The notes under the pieces were generated by a model. It saw only the letters and a program-made list of their open reading frames with translations, was not told where the DNA came from and did not search any database. Both the position numbers and the translations under genes were made by a program. From assembly GCA_028023455.1 (NCBI GenBank), contig JAQFVV010000007.1, positions 2,728,001 through 2,792,000 of the forward strand: DNA of 64,000 bases, given 5' to 3'. This document shows, one piece after another, positions 1-14,000 of the stretch. Positions within the stretch are counted from its first letter, which is position 1. Each line of letters begins with the position of its first letter. Source of the stretch: Epiperipatus broadwayi. Its lineage: Eukaryota > Animalia > Onychophora.

Positions 1-1612
1 GCACTGAGTGGCACTACTGTATGGAGAGTTTTGCCTGTTTTAATATTGATTAATGTTGTGTTGTATTTTATTATTACTGTTATAGAGTTGATTTAAAATC
101 TAACAAATATGTTTAATTCTTTCTTTTGAATGTGCAAGATAATTTTGGTACTTAAAATTTGGTCCAAGATTAAACATATTTTGGTAAGTGACATAGAATT
201 AGATATATGTATATTTTCATACATCATTTTTTAAAATCTGATTATACATAAATTTTATTTTTATTACTTTACTTAGATATTTGTTTACTTATTTAAATCA
301 ATATTACTAGTAGAAATAATTTCATTAATTCAGAGTTGCTTATGTTGTCAGGTTAGAAAAATCTTAATCGATTGTGTTCTGTCATTAGTTAGAATGACTT
401 ATCTTAATTACTTTTTAAATTTCTTTGAAGTGGAGATCATAAATTTCATTAACTAGCATAACTGAATATTATCTTTGGCTTGGATAACTGCCAATTATTG
501 TCACATTGATTGGAGATTTAAATGGATAAATAATATCAGTGATGGTAAATCAGTAAATATTCAATGGAAACCTATGGTATATTTTAGATAATGTGACTGG
601 GTACTGTAAAATATGAAATTATCTAATGTATTTATTGATAATAAATTCTAGTAGAGTATTTTAATTTTGAATATAACTGAAGCAAAAATTGTGTCAGTAG
701 GAAAGAAATGTTTATATTATATTCAATGTTTCATTAAAACAGATGTAAAAATTGAGTAAAGGTTTATTTTATTTAAACATTATAAATAGTGTGTAGGTTT
801 ATAAAACATTTTCCAAAATGTAATTATAATTATTTAGAAACTAGATGATTTAAACAGAATGTTATTAAATATTAAAGTAAATTTGTACTATAAATAATAT
901 TGGATTAGTAAAGTACATCAGAATTTAGTTAGTTATTGATTCAAATTGAGTTTCATTCAATTATCGATTAAACAGATACCTTAAGCATACATCATTGTTT
1001 AGGGAAATGATATGCGATTTCACTGCTTATTGCACTTTATTTCGTTTTAAATACTATCTGGATAAATTATATTTTGATAGGGATTATTATTGGTAATTTA
1101 TGATAGTGTAGTGAACAATCTAAATAATTATGTATGGGAAATATTGTTGTTGCCTAGTATGATCAACAACTGAGCTAGATAATTTTACACAGGTCCTAAC
1201 AGAGTTACTATTTGTTTATGCATGTTTTTGCTCTGTGATAAAGAATATAAACCTTAAGGACATTTCTTTATAACAAATGTTGACTGAATAAATGTAGAAA
1301 GATATTGAGATGAAAAATCCATTATTATTGTAATAAAGTAGCTACCCAATGCTAGATCATGTACGTGTGAGAATTATTACAAAATGTCAAATCAAATTTA
1401 GGGCTGTTATAAAGTGGTGTTCCACATTTAGGTTGCATCTATAGTACTATGAATGACATTTCAATTCTTAAACATAGTAAAGTTTATTGTATTATTAGCC
1501 CATATTATAATCAATAGTCCATTACAAAATGGTAACCAACAATTGAACTATATTTTATTCAGATTATATTGATCATCTCTCTGGCATCATCATTTTTTAT
1601 CATGTTACAATA

Positions 1613-1834
<222 letters not shown>

Positions 1835-2598
1835 CATTACAAACTATAATATCATGCTAGTATCCAACATTATATTACATTGTACATGAAAGACACTGCC
1901 AGTTTTAGTAATATTATACAGATGTCTAAATGTCAGTATGATTAGGTGATCTGTGTGGGCCACTTGATCACTTCTCATGTATTTTACCAGTGGATTTATG
2001 GCAGACATGACAGAATACAAAAAATAAAGTTCCGGTTAAAAATTATTGCAGTATCTGCTATACAACAAATACACATGCACTTTTACTTATCATTTATCAC
2101 ACTAATGGGGCACAATATTTGTCAGAAACAATAATATCTGATAATTTGCAGAAAGGAGTTTGTAATTAACTGAAAGGAGACCCATTGATTCCTTTTGGAA
2201 GCTTTAAAGGAACCAAGCAGGGCAAATTCCTTATGTCTGCTCCATATGTTCTTGTTGTTGCAGCTGTTATTACTATGTGTTATTCATATAGTATACTAAC
2301 ATGGATGGAATGCTCACCAACACACATTAGCCTGTGTGGTGAGTTTATTGGCTTTTTATCTCTGAGTTTAAGATCAAGCAACACCATGGTCTTTCTTCTT
2401 GGTTGCCTGATAAGGCAGAATGGATGAGGGTATGAGTGAAAATTTTTTTTCTAATAGATATATACAATCATGACAGATAAAAATAAATCATGACCCTTAT
2501 TTCCAGGAGTCAGTAAAGTCATCATCCAAGACAGCAATTGGTGGTGGAGGGTGGCAGGTGCTAAGAATCCCTTGATTATGGATTTGGGTTGCCATTTG

Positions 2599-4896
2599 AT
2601 GATGACTTTTTATTTAGGTACTTATAACTACAGATCACTTTTAAGTGAAGAAAGACTGCAAGAATTGAAAGAAGAACCTGTCTCATGTTAAATGGAACAA
2701 TATGGGACTTTATAAAGTTAAAAGAAAAGGTGAAGAGACAACTGATTTTAAAAATGGACATGTACTCTACCAGAAAGACACAAATTTTGGAAGTATAAGT
2801 GGAGTATGATTTATTATAAATAAAAAGTGAAAGAACAACATTATGGAGATTGATAGTGTATTAAACAGAGTGGCAAGATTAGTTATTCAACTTAATAGCA
2901 GATGCCAAATGCAGATAATTTAGGTTTATGCCCCAAGAAGTTCTTATAGTGATGAAGTAGTAGAAGATTTTTATAAGGATGTACAAAAGGCTTTTGATCA
3001 GATTAAACAACATTTTAAAATTGTTATGGGAGACTTTAATGCTAGAATTGGAAAACAAATAAAAGATAAAAGTATTGTAGATAAGTTTGTGGTAATAGAA
3101 ATGAGGGAGGACATAGACATGGAATTTGCAGGAAAAAAACTTTACATTTGTTTTTTTTTTTAGGAAAAATGTTAAAAGGAAATTAACATGGAAGCATCCA
3201 AATGAAAGTATAGCAGAACTGGATTATATTTTGGCTACCAGAAAATACATATTTCAAGATTGTAATGTCTTTAATAAATTCAACACAGGAAGTGATCATC
3301 AATTAGTAAGATGTAAGATACATGTTAATGCAAACTAGAGAGACAAAAAATATTAAGAAAAATAATATTTACAATTGATATTTCTAATCTTCAGAAACAT
3401 TCTAATGAATTTAAATTAGAACTTGCAAATCGTTTTCAAGTATTAATAAATTTTGAACGTGATTCAGATCTGAATAAAATTAATAGAAAAATAACAGATT
3501 AAATTTATGAAGAAGGGAAAAGTTCCAGGTAATGATGGAATTATAATTGATATATTAAAAGAAGCAGGCAAAGAAATAGAAATTTTTTTGAGAAAGTTAT
3601 ATATCAAATGTCTAAATGATAAAGATTTATCATGATGATTGAAAGAATGCAGTATTCATATTTTAAAAAGTTGATAAAGAAGATATTAGAAATTACAGAC
3701 CTGTCAGTCTTTTATTCGTTTTATACAATTTTTTTACCAAGATAATTACAACTTGTCTACAGAGAACATTGGGTTTTCACCAGCCAAGAGAACAAGCTGG
3801 ATTTAAAAGTGGTTTTAGTACAATAGATCATATCCAGGTATTGAGAGAAGTTATACAAAGAACCAATGAATGCGTTGTCATTATGCTTTGGATTTGTAGA
3901 TTATGAAAAAACATTTGATTCTATAAGAATTTCTTTAGTGATTAAAGCATTGAATCATCAAGATATAGACTTAGGATATTGTTATATTCTGAAGAATATT
4001 TATAAAAATGCAACAGCAATAATGAGAATACATAATGATACTAGGAAGGTGAACATTGAAAAGGATGGTGATTCCATATCTCCAAAACTTTCTACAGCAA
4101 TACTGCAAGAAGAATTTTATGGATTAAAATGGGAAGCTAAAGAAGTAAAAGTAAAAGAGATTATTTAAATCATTTAGATTTTGCAGATGATGTAGCTATT
4201 TTTTAAAAATAATGCTTCAGAGCTTCCGGAAATATTGCAAGAATTATCAGATGAAAGTAAAAAAATAGTCTAAATATAAATGTTAAAAAGACTAAAGTAA
4301 TGTTCAATGGATTTTCTCAAAAGATGAAAATAAAGATTGATTATGATGACTTAGAAAAAATTAACAACTCCATATACCTTGGTCAGATTATTACTATATA
4401 AGGAAACATAATGGATGAAATTAATCATAGAATTAAACTTGGTTAAAGTACTGTTGGTAGAAATAACTTAATATTAAAGGGAAATTTACCTATGTGTTTG
4501 AACAGGCAGGTTTTATAAAAGAAGAGCAATACAGAGACTTCAGACCATTCAAAGAGGTATAGAGGAATTCATGTTAGGAGTAACAAGAAGAAATCAAAAA
4601 CGATACACGCGTAAGAGAACAAGCAGGTGTTACTGACACTGAAAAGAATTAAAAGTCTGAACTGGAACTGGGAGAACACATTGCTAGAAGAGATAATAGA
4701 TGAACAATTGAAAGCTTAAACTGGATTCCAAGAGATTGTAAAAGCTCCAGAAAGAGACCACATGTGAGATGGATGGATGAAATAAGAGTGTGCATGGGGT
4801 GATGTGAAGAAGAGGGACTAGAGATCAGAGAAGATGGATTGAACTTTGAGAAACCATCCTGCAATGGAATGATAATGATTGATGATGATGATGATG
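2599..4896 (+). mobile_element. Decayed near-full-length RTE-clade LINE (APE endonuclease + RT), copy 1
   Basis: Broken frames read as APE (GTYNYRSL..., VYAP, IVMGDFNARIG ~3020-3050) and RT (YRPVSLL ~3695, QPREQAGF ~3780, FVDYEKTFDSI ~3890, LRFADDV ~4170-4195). Ends in a (GAT)n tail at 4870-4896. Many stops and frameshifts; the 5' UTR may extend to ~2160. Confidence 0.9.
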
Positions 4897-5011
4897 AATA
4901 TGTTATTGCTTACTTTTTCTTTAACATGCTTTATTCTAGAATTTCAAATCTGAAGTGCATTATACAATTAATAAACTATATATATAATTAAAAAGCATAA
5001 TTCATGGCATA

Positions 5012-5138
5012 TTGCCGAAAAGTGCTTTTATATGTCATATTTATGTGTTATGATTATATGATTATATTAGAGCTATTGTCATATATAATTTTGTTGTTAA
5101 ACAAAGATATTTTATTATATCTAGGATTTATTTTTAAT
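5012..5138 (+). repeat. 5' pseudo-LTR of Penelope-like element
   Basis: Aligns directly with 7741-7867 (shared e.g. gctattgtcatatat...aaagatattttattatatctaggatttatttttaat). Confidence 0.9.
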
Positions 5139-7740
5139 TTGCAAAAGCAACATAAAGGATTTATTCCTTGTATTTTAGATGTTCGAATAATAAATAACAT
5201 TTAAGAATTTGTTAATCTACGTACACTATATTGCGTCATGGAGCATTTATGGATATATATATAAAGAGCAAGCTTGATTTAAAAAATATGGGAAAGGTAA
5301 AAGAATTGATTAGACTGTGTTTACGTATACAAAAAAATAAAAGGACAATTAACATATTTAAATAGTTGTAAAGCTTACAACGTTGTTTCTAAGGCTTGTA
5401 AAATTTATATTAAAAGTAATAAAAAAATATCAAATAACTGGAAATTAAAACAAAAGTTAGATAATTATATTTTAAAAACTTTTTATAAATAAAAAATATA
5501 ACATATTAAATGGTAGTATTGATAAATTTAAATGTTTAAGAAAAGTTATAAAATCATTATTACGGAAAATAAATGCGTGGGATAAATTTACAGTTTTTTT
5601 TTTAATACAATTATAGAATTAAATGGAGTCAAATAATATATATTAAATATAATAAAAAATGAAAATGGATGTGGAAGAAATATTAGTGTAAAGGTTTATC
5701 TATGGATATAAATGATAAAATGTGTTATGAATATATTAATTATAACAAGGAGATTATGGATAATTTCATAAATTTAACAAGATATAAATTTTCTATAGAA
5801 CAAAATATTTTATTAAGCAAAAGTCCGTCTTTCGTACCATTTGTGGATAATGATATTAAAAAGAAAATAACTACAGATATAGAGCTGGCGAATATTTCTA
5901 CGGAAGATAAGAAGAAATTAAATTATTTATTGAACAAACAATTATATGATATAAAAACTTCTAAGCAAGAATATAAATATAGAAGGATTACTAAAGAAAT
6001 AAGAAATATATGTAAAAATGAAAACATAACAATATGTAAAGAGGATAAAGGTAGTAGATTTGTGGTTTTATATTTTAAGGATTATATAGATAGGATATAG
6101 TGTGAAATAAAAAAAGGATATGAAAGATTATCAAAAGATCCTATTAACATGATAAAAAATATATAAAATTATTACAAAAAATGGAAGGGAAAAAATATTA
6201 ATACAAATCAATATAAATATTTATATCCTTCTTCTTATGAAAACCCATAATTATTTACTAAGGTAAAAACTCATAAAGAGAATAATCCATTGAGATTATT
6301 ATTTAATTTTACTAATTTTATTCTACAAAGATTTTGTAAGTATTTAAATAAGTATTTAAATTATTGGTTATGGGGAGTTTTGAATTAAAAATACAGAGGC
6401 TATTATAAATAAGTTAAATATGATAAAATTGAATAGAAACCAAAGTATATTTGTAATGGATACTGAAAAGATGCATCCTAGCATTCCAAGAACAAAGAGT
6501 ATAGAAATATTAATATAGAAATTATATATGCATATTAATGATATAGAGGTAATTAATATTATAAAAGAAGGTTTAATTTTAATATATAATAGTATGTATT
6601 TTAAATATAATAGTGAATATTAGAATATACACAAGAGATGGGTAATGGGGTGTGCAATTAGTGGATTAATGTCATCAATATTCATCAACGAAATGGAAAT
6701 GAAAATTATTAATAGTAGAATAAAAAATCAAGATATAATACATTACTTTAGATATGTTGATGATATATTAATAATTGGTAATAAAAGAGCTATAAAGAAA
6801 ACTTATAATGAACTTAATAATAATATGGATAATATAAAATTTACAATTATAGAAATTGATGTTAACATAAAGTATTTAGATATAGAGATAGAGATAGATG
6901 ATGATAATATAATTACATTAAAACACTTCATTTAAAAGATAAATTAAGAAAAATAATTTCTATAGATTCACAAGAGGCATGGATATAAAAAATGGCAGTT
7001 ACTAAAAATTTTAAAAATAAAAATGATAAATATAACACAGATAAGAAGATATCTACTTTGCAAAAAGAGAAATTTATAAAGTTATATACTAGTTATGGAT
7101 ATAACCCTAGAAACACTAGAAATATATTCTTTAATTATAAACAAAATAATATGGATAATAATAGTGAACCAGAAAATATAAAATGAGTAAAATTTTCATA
7201 TGTTCCTAAAATTTATAATACATTATTAAAAAATAAAAATTATATAGATAAAAATATTAAATAGGATGATCAAACAGCAAAAATCTTGATATTGATATAA
7301 AATATAAAAAGGGTATAGTATATAATATTAAATGTTGGTTTTGTAGTATGGTTTATTATGGACATACAGCAAAACAATTAGAATAAAGGACTAAAGAACA
7401 TAATAATGCTATTAATAGAAGAGATGACAAATCTGCATTATTTGTTCACTACTAAAAATATGGACATAGAATAGATTGTGTTAAGAATATAAGTCCATTA
7501 AATTATATTAAAGAAATTAATAGAAGGAAGATATATGAAACCAATTACATTAATTATAACAGAAATAATTGTATGAACATTTATAAAACATCAATTAATT
7601 TAACTAATAATTGGATAATGAAAAATGAATGGAGGGTTGTATAATGTGTTATTTTATATAGAGCCAGTAGATGTCCCTATGTATGCAATATAGGCTATTT
7701 TTGTAATTAAGACATATTGAAAAGAGCAAACATTTAAAAT

Positions 7741-7867
7741 TTGCTGAAAAGAGTTTTTATATGTTATTTTTGGGTGTTATGATTACATGACTATATTACA
7801 GCTATTGTCATATATCATTTTGTTGTTAGATAAAGATATTTTATTATATCTAGGATTTATTTTTAAT
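7741..7867 (+). repeat. 3' pseudo-LTR of Penelope-like element
   Basis: Direct repeat of 5012-5138, located downstream of the GIY-YIG relic. Confidence 0.9.
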
Positions 7868-8339
7868 ATAAAGTTTATATTATAAACAATATAAGTAATT
7901 GAAATAATTTGGCTACAAATTTTAATAAAAATACTTTTGTTGGGCTTTAGTAGTATTATTAAAACATTTACTAAGGGTAAGTACAATTTTTGAGTTCCTT
8001 TTTTCAAGAAATATATATATCTATCTATATTACTGTTACATTATCATTTTGTTTTTTATTTAATATTTTTTTATTTGAGATAAGTAACGATCAAATCTAT
8101 TGTCTAAATCTTTAAGATAGTAAGGACGCAGTTTCTTTAATTTGCAACCATTAGCAACTTATCGTGGAATAAAAGGCATTGCATAGTTACGTTGAAATGG
8201 GAACTATAGAGCTCAAGATTCATGGCTCAGTTCTACCACTTCTTGAAAACTAATGACTTACAAACCATTGGATTTTCATTTTATTTTTAATAGATAAAAA
8301 AAAGAACTAAGTAATGTTCAAAATGAACAAAAAAAAACT

Positions 8340-8405
8340 GGAGTCAATCCAAGAATCTTACCTTTCAGAGTCTAATACTGTACCAAGTAGGCCAAACAGC
8401 GCAGG
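8340..8405 (-). mobile_element. Highly degenerate tRNA-like/SINE head
   Basis: Minus strand reads TGGCCTACTTGGTACAGTATTAGACTCTGAAAGGTAAGATTCTTGGATTGACTCC: A-box-like start, a GACTCTGAA anticodon-like arm and an eroded B box. Confidence 0.25.
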
Positions 8406-8439
8406 ACAAGATGTCAGGAAAATTTAAATACAAGAACTC

Positions 8440-9130
8440 TTAAATAAAATTCGATAATATTGGAGAAGAATAGAGTTTCCTCATTCAATGTGATTGATAA
8501 TAACATTATCTTTTTAAATTTAAATCTTTCTGAAACTTTAAAAGTATAGTTATTAATTTAATTTAATAGATAATAAATTTACTAAGAAGAATTTTATAAA
8601 GCTGACATTAATTGAAAAAATAACCTTTTCTGTAACAGAAAAAAAAATTACTAAGTGAAATAAAAAGATGTTAAATTAATTTTATTATAGAATAAAAAAT
8701 AGTATTACTGATTTCCTGTTCTTTCACACATTCTTCTCCTAGATATCAGAAGAAAAGTTCTTTATCCGAAAAAATTAAATAGATGGACTTGCTAATAACT
8801 CAAGATGTATATAGTTTTAGCATCTAAGATTTTCTTCTCAGGATGTTCAGTCAAGAATCTACAACTGAAAAATTATGGAATAAAATATGAACTATATATA
8901 AAATTCCAAACATTTTTTTTTTGCTATATCCAATAATAAAGTCAGATAGATTTGATTCTCCTAGATGGAGTCTTATTAATAAGTTCAAGATACATCCCAT
9001 GACAGTTAAATTTATCCATTTCTTAAAGAGAATTTAACAGACATTGATCTATGTAGATGTGGACAAACACAACCATGAATCATATAATTAATACTAATTT
9101 CTGGTTTTCGGATGAGCAAAACTAAAAAAA
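8440..9130 (+). mobile_element. 3' fragment of a degenerate non-LTR retrotransposon with C-terminal zinc knuckle
   Basis: Near 9045-9095 the frames read DLCRCGQ..(Q)TMNHIIN, matching the CxCG..QT..HI..C knuckle. Upstream are W.LINKF and DIRR relics. Clade not assignable. Confidence 0.45.
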
Positions 9131-10539
9131 AAGATCTCAATACAAAATGAAATTATGATCAATCTGCTTATTTAAGAATGTAAAAAACTATTCAGGCCTC
9201 TTAAATAATTAGGGCATAATATTTATTAATAATATCAAAAGTATATGTAATCACATGGTTAGTCACTTGAAAGGTCATATCAGAGCAACACAAGTGACAG
9301 GTTGAATTACAATTCAGAAAATTTTAGCTCTCATTCACTCAGGCAAGCTTAGCACAGTGGTAAATCACATTTAAAAGTTTAAAATTTCTGGATCAAAGCT
9401 CAAACGGTCATTTCTAAATTGAAGTTGCAAAATTTATCAAATGCATTCGATTACTAATATCAAAGTGAGGAATTACCACACAATAGGTATACATATAATA
9501 AAATCGGAACCTATGGTCAAATCATGTGTATATCAATGCCATGAAACTTTTCTGAAATTAAAAAAGACTGCTCCTCAAATGAAGGTTTCAGATAACATGA
9601 TCACCTTAAATTAATTGTAGAAAATCTGAAGAGTTGTCAGTTAGAAATTAAATAATATCCCTGATGACTGAAACTAGTATCTCTTTAGATTGATTTACAT
9701 AGAAATTAATGAAAAAAAGTAGGTATTGTTTATTTCTATTCACAAATATCTTTTCGGTGACTTAAATGAATTTGCTATCAAATTAAATTTATTTCAGGTA
9801 CCCATATATATAAAACATCGGGCATTCTCATTAAAAAAATCAACTGCACTTACAAATATGTGTTTATGCTAAACATTGTAAATATGTCTAAAGATTTAAT
9901 GTACATATTTTTACATGCGTACACATATCTGTGCATAGCTCTTGAAAGTAAATATTGCTCAAGTTTATAATTAATATACTTTTTACTAATGAAACTAAAG
10001 TGAATATAATATTAAAAGAAGAATATATTTTTACGACTGAGTTTGTGAATTGATCAATTAAAAATTTAGAGTTTTACCTCACTCAGCCAATAGAATTAAT
10101 TGTCAAAGAAAAGGTTAACATGTTGACCATCTGGATTTTATTATAACCTATAATCTCACGTTAACGATATATCATAGAATTAATAGGCATTTGCTTATTT
10201 TAGCGAAATTTCGATAAACTGATTTACAAAAGATTTATTCCTTATATTGCATATATATATTAAAATTTATTCGGAACCAACAAGATAATAATAATCGTTA
10301 AAATTGATCTATTAGCAGATTATCAAAAAATTTAAAAATTATAAAATTTAATATAACTTGAAAAACAAACGTGATACTTACACCAATAATGTAGTTATTA
10401 ACAAGATACCAAATTTGGGCTACAAAACTAAATCATGTAAAAATAAAACAAAAGATAAAAATTAAATTTTAAATAAATTTAATCATGAAATAATGAGATT
10501 TAATATATATAAATGTAACATCATACGAAAGATCTTATA

Positions 10540-11000
10540 TTCCTTTTCAAATCATCTTTTTTTTAATAATCGACTTTTTTCTCTCTCTTTGAATACATTA
10601 TTTCCTATAATCCTTTCCAAATCATTTTTAAATAAAGTTTTTTCCTTTCTATTCTAAAAAAGACTGATTGTTTTTCAACTCTTTTTCTAGTACTAATCAA
10701 TTTTGGTATTATCATTTTTCTTTGTTGTATTTTGTCGTCCCTTCCCTAATTCACCAATTAAATTGTAAATGTCATTTGTTTTCTTCTCTTACTTGTTTCA
10801 TATTTCTGCTCATTATCATCACTAATATTTTTATTTGAAATCCCCTTTAGCTACAAAATAAATCGAAGTTATTACACTTCCTTATCTACAACATATACAT
10901 TTCATTCTAATTTATTAAGCTGTTCATCTGCTTCATTATTTTATTCCTCATAGTTAATACTATTTCTGTTTTTTATAAACATTATTTTATCTACACCTAA
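10540..11000 (-). mobile_element. Very old RTE-like LINE 3' fragment
   Basis: Minus frames give NEMYML*..CNNFD (EMxMLR motif) and GKGRQNTT (GRGRP-like); heavily eroded. Confidence 0.3.
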
Positions 11001-14000
11001 AAAAAATTATCACCCTTTTGTCTTATAAAAAAAGTGATAAGTAATAATAACCGTACGATCAATTGCTGGAAAGGTCGCTTAGTTCAAACTAAGTTTTTTT
11101 TACTTTTTTCATCAAGAATCTTCCATTTTTTAGTTAAATCATTAGATTATCCAGTTGTAAATTTTTTTACTCACAACTAGTAAATAAAAAACTTTTGAGG
11201 TTGGGTTTTAAGATTGTTTTTATTCAAATCCAAAATTGTGTAGTTGAGGAATGTGATTAAAATCAGAATTAATTATATATGTGTGTGTGAAGTATAGCAG
11301 TATATGCGTGCGTGCGTGAATTTTACTACAATAAAATATATAGTCAATTTACAAAGTTGTCAGTGTAGAATGATTAAATGGATTTTATTTTATTGATTAC
11401 TAAAAGTCAGCTAATAGATTATTTATTAGATAAATTTATTAATAAAAAATTTGAAAACGTTAAAATATTACCAACCCAATAATGTATAATATTCTGATGT
11501 TATAAATTGTTTATATGTAAAATAAATAATTGTATATTTTATTTGTACATTACTAATTTTAATTAAAGTATACAATTAAATTATTAATATTGAAGTTAAT
11601 TTTTTTTTAAAATGATGTCTCAAAATTCACGCTTTTGAAAATTCCCAGATGCGCATGCTCGTTTGCTATCGATTAATACCATAGCAATGGAACAAATTTT
11701 ATTCATACAATTTGGAAAAGCAAAGAACTCTGGGTGATATTCGAATGATATCACAGACCATAAAACTACCGTTTTAATATCAGCCCAAGGATAAAGGATT
11801 TATAATTATTGATGCTATAGCCACGAAATAGACCAAGATTTTTTTAAATGTTAATTTTGTTTAGATTGATTAATTGTTATAATCATGCAAGCCAGAATAG
11901 AAGTAAAAATTGTAATTTACTGCAAATCTTTGGAAAAATCATTCTATTAATCTGTCCTTCGAATCTTAATTTCCAAATTAATTATTCTATCAAGTGGATT
12001 TAATGTTAAGTGTATATTATTAAAATTATTGCCAGTAATCTTTGAATGCTTCTTCAAAAGTTCAATGCCTAAATATAATTAATGCTTTTGAGCTGTGCAT
12101 GGAATTTGGGGATTAATTGTTAAAATAATGGTCTATTCTTAAATTATGGAATTATTTTTTATACTTATTATTGTTGTAATTATAATATTAATAAAGTTCT
12201 CAAGACAATACTGGGTATATAAGAAGTTACAGGTAACTACCTTATATTATTAGTGCCATTTAGGTATAAATGTAATGCCTGTTATTATATTTTGTACTGG
12301 AGATAGATAGTATTAAGTTAAATTAATTTATAAACACCATAAATCCGATATTTAACTTACTTTATGTTTTATTTGTCCTTGTTCTCAGCATAATGTTACT
12401 CAATCGTAAAACACCCTGAGTAGATAGTTAAATCACAAGGAAATATTTACATTCATTGTGCCTAATAAAGATTCTATATAATTTAATGGTTACTACACCG
12501 TGCAACAAAGCACTCTTGTGATATTAATAATTCTAAACTTTATTTATTTGTTGAAGTTTGCTCCTAAACTAAATATTGAAAATTTAACTTATAAACTAGA
12601 CAACATAGCCAGTCATGCCACTAAGCGATACAATGGTCAGATTTTAGAAAGTTATGTACTTGCATTGATATGACTACTACTAAACAATTTGCTTGTTCCT
12701 AAAAGAGTTAAGGAACTAGGCTGATCTTAGAAATGAGATTGATGGTGAACTAATTGTTACTAAAAAAAAGTAAAGACGTAAAATATTCTTATCTACCTGT
12801 AAGTAAAAGTACGCAATAAATGAATAGTATACCACCCTCTCCAATAGAATGTTTTGTATTTGCATTACTTTATTGACCACACACATAATCATATTCAAAT
12901 TTTAGATTGTTTATTAAAGAGAGCAAATAATATTTAGAATTACTTTGCTGGGAACTTTTGATAGTAGAAGTACATTTATTGTTCACTAATATTTAGTTGT
13001 TTTGTTTATATATAATTGTTATTAAAGTAATTATGTTATATTTATAAAACAATTGTGCGGCATTACTGAAATCATCATTTTTTACACATTATGGAAATAA
13101 AAGAGGTCATACTTTCATTTTGTTAAATTAATTTCCTTTATTGAATCCGTTTGCATCCTTTATTATTTTTCGTCTCTAGTTGTAATATAAAATTTTGTAA
13201 GATATGGTGAGGTATAACAAAATCCTTTTGATATCTTAATATCTTATTAAATAAATAATTTAATTAGATTTAGTTAAGAACCCTGAGAATATTAATTGAT
13301 TTGACCATATCTTTAATCTGGGAAGGAGAGAATTGATTTCTAGCCCTGAATAAACACACTCTTTATACATTGTACATTACAATACATGCTGTACACATAA
13401 TAACACATTAAGATAATCATAATTAATAACTATTTATTATTGTTCTTAGAGGGATAAAATAAATATATGTTCATTTTAGTTCACTTTCCATAAAAGTACA
13501 TCCAATCTCAAACGTATTCCACATGAACGTACTCGTCTCAACCTATCGTATTTTGCTCCTGTCCACTCGTGATCCAAGTTTTGGCTTACAATATATATAT
13601 ATTAGTATATTTAATTTACTTTAAAATGTCATAGCTTTTGAAGAGTTGTAAATTAATGCAATAAAAAACATGAAATATTTCATATAATATTGTTAAAAAA
13701 TTTTATTTGTAAATATATTTTTATCATGTTTAAAAATAATGTTAACAAAATATTTTTTTTCAACACAATTACTGAAGTCACATATATTTTTGAATAATAA
13801 ATTTAATTCTTAATTTTTCATATATTTCAAATATCCATTATTAGGAGGTTTAAATTTTTTTTAGTTATTATAAATATAAGTGAATCCCGTGTGTGTAAAT
13901 TTAAAAAATCAGCTATATTAATCTTTAACTGAGGTTTAAAGTTTATATCTGTGCTAGAGATAATCTCTAGTTTCGAAAATGATTAGTAATAATCATTAGT

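Larger units (their letters stand above)
5012..7867 (+). mobile_element. Decayed Penelope-like element (RT + GIY-YIG) between direct pseudo-LTRs
   Basis: RT motifs D..K.HPSIP (~6455-6485), MGCAISGLMSSIF and YFRYVDDILI (YVDD 6753-6764). GIY-YIG relic GIVYNIKCWFCSMVYYGHTAKQLE*RTKEH at ~7312-7400. Flanked by ~127-bp direct repeats. Confidence 0.9.
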
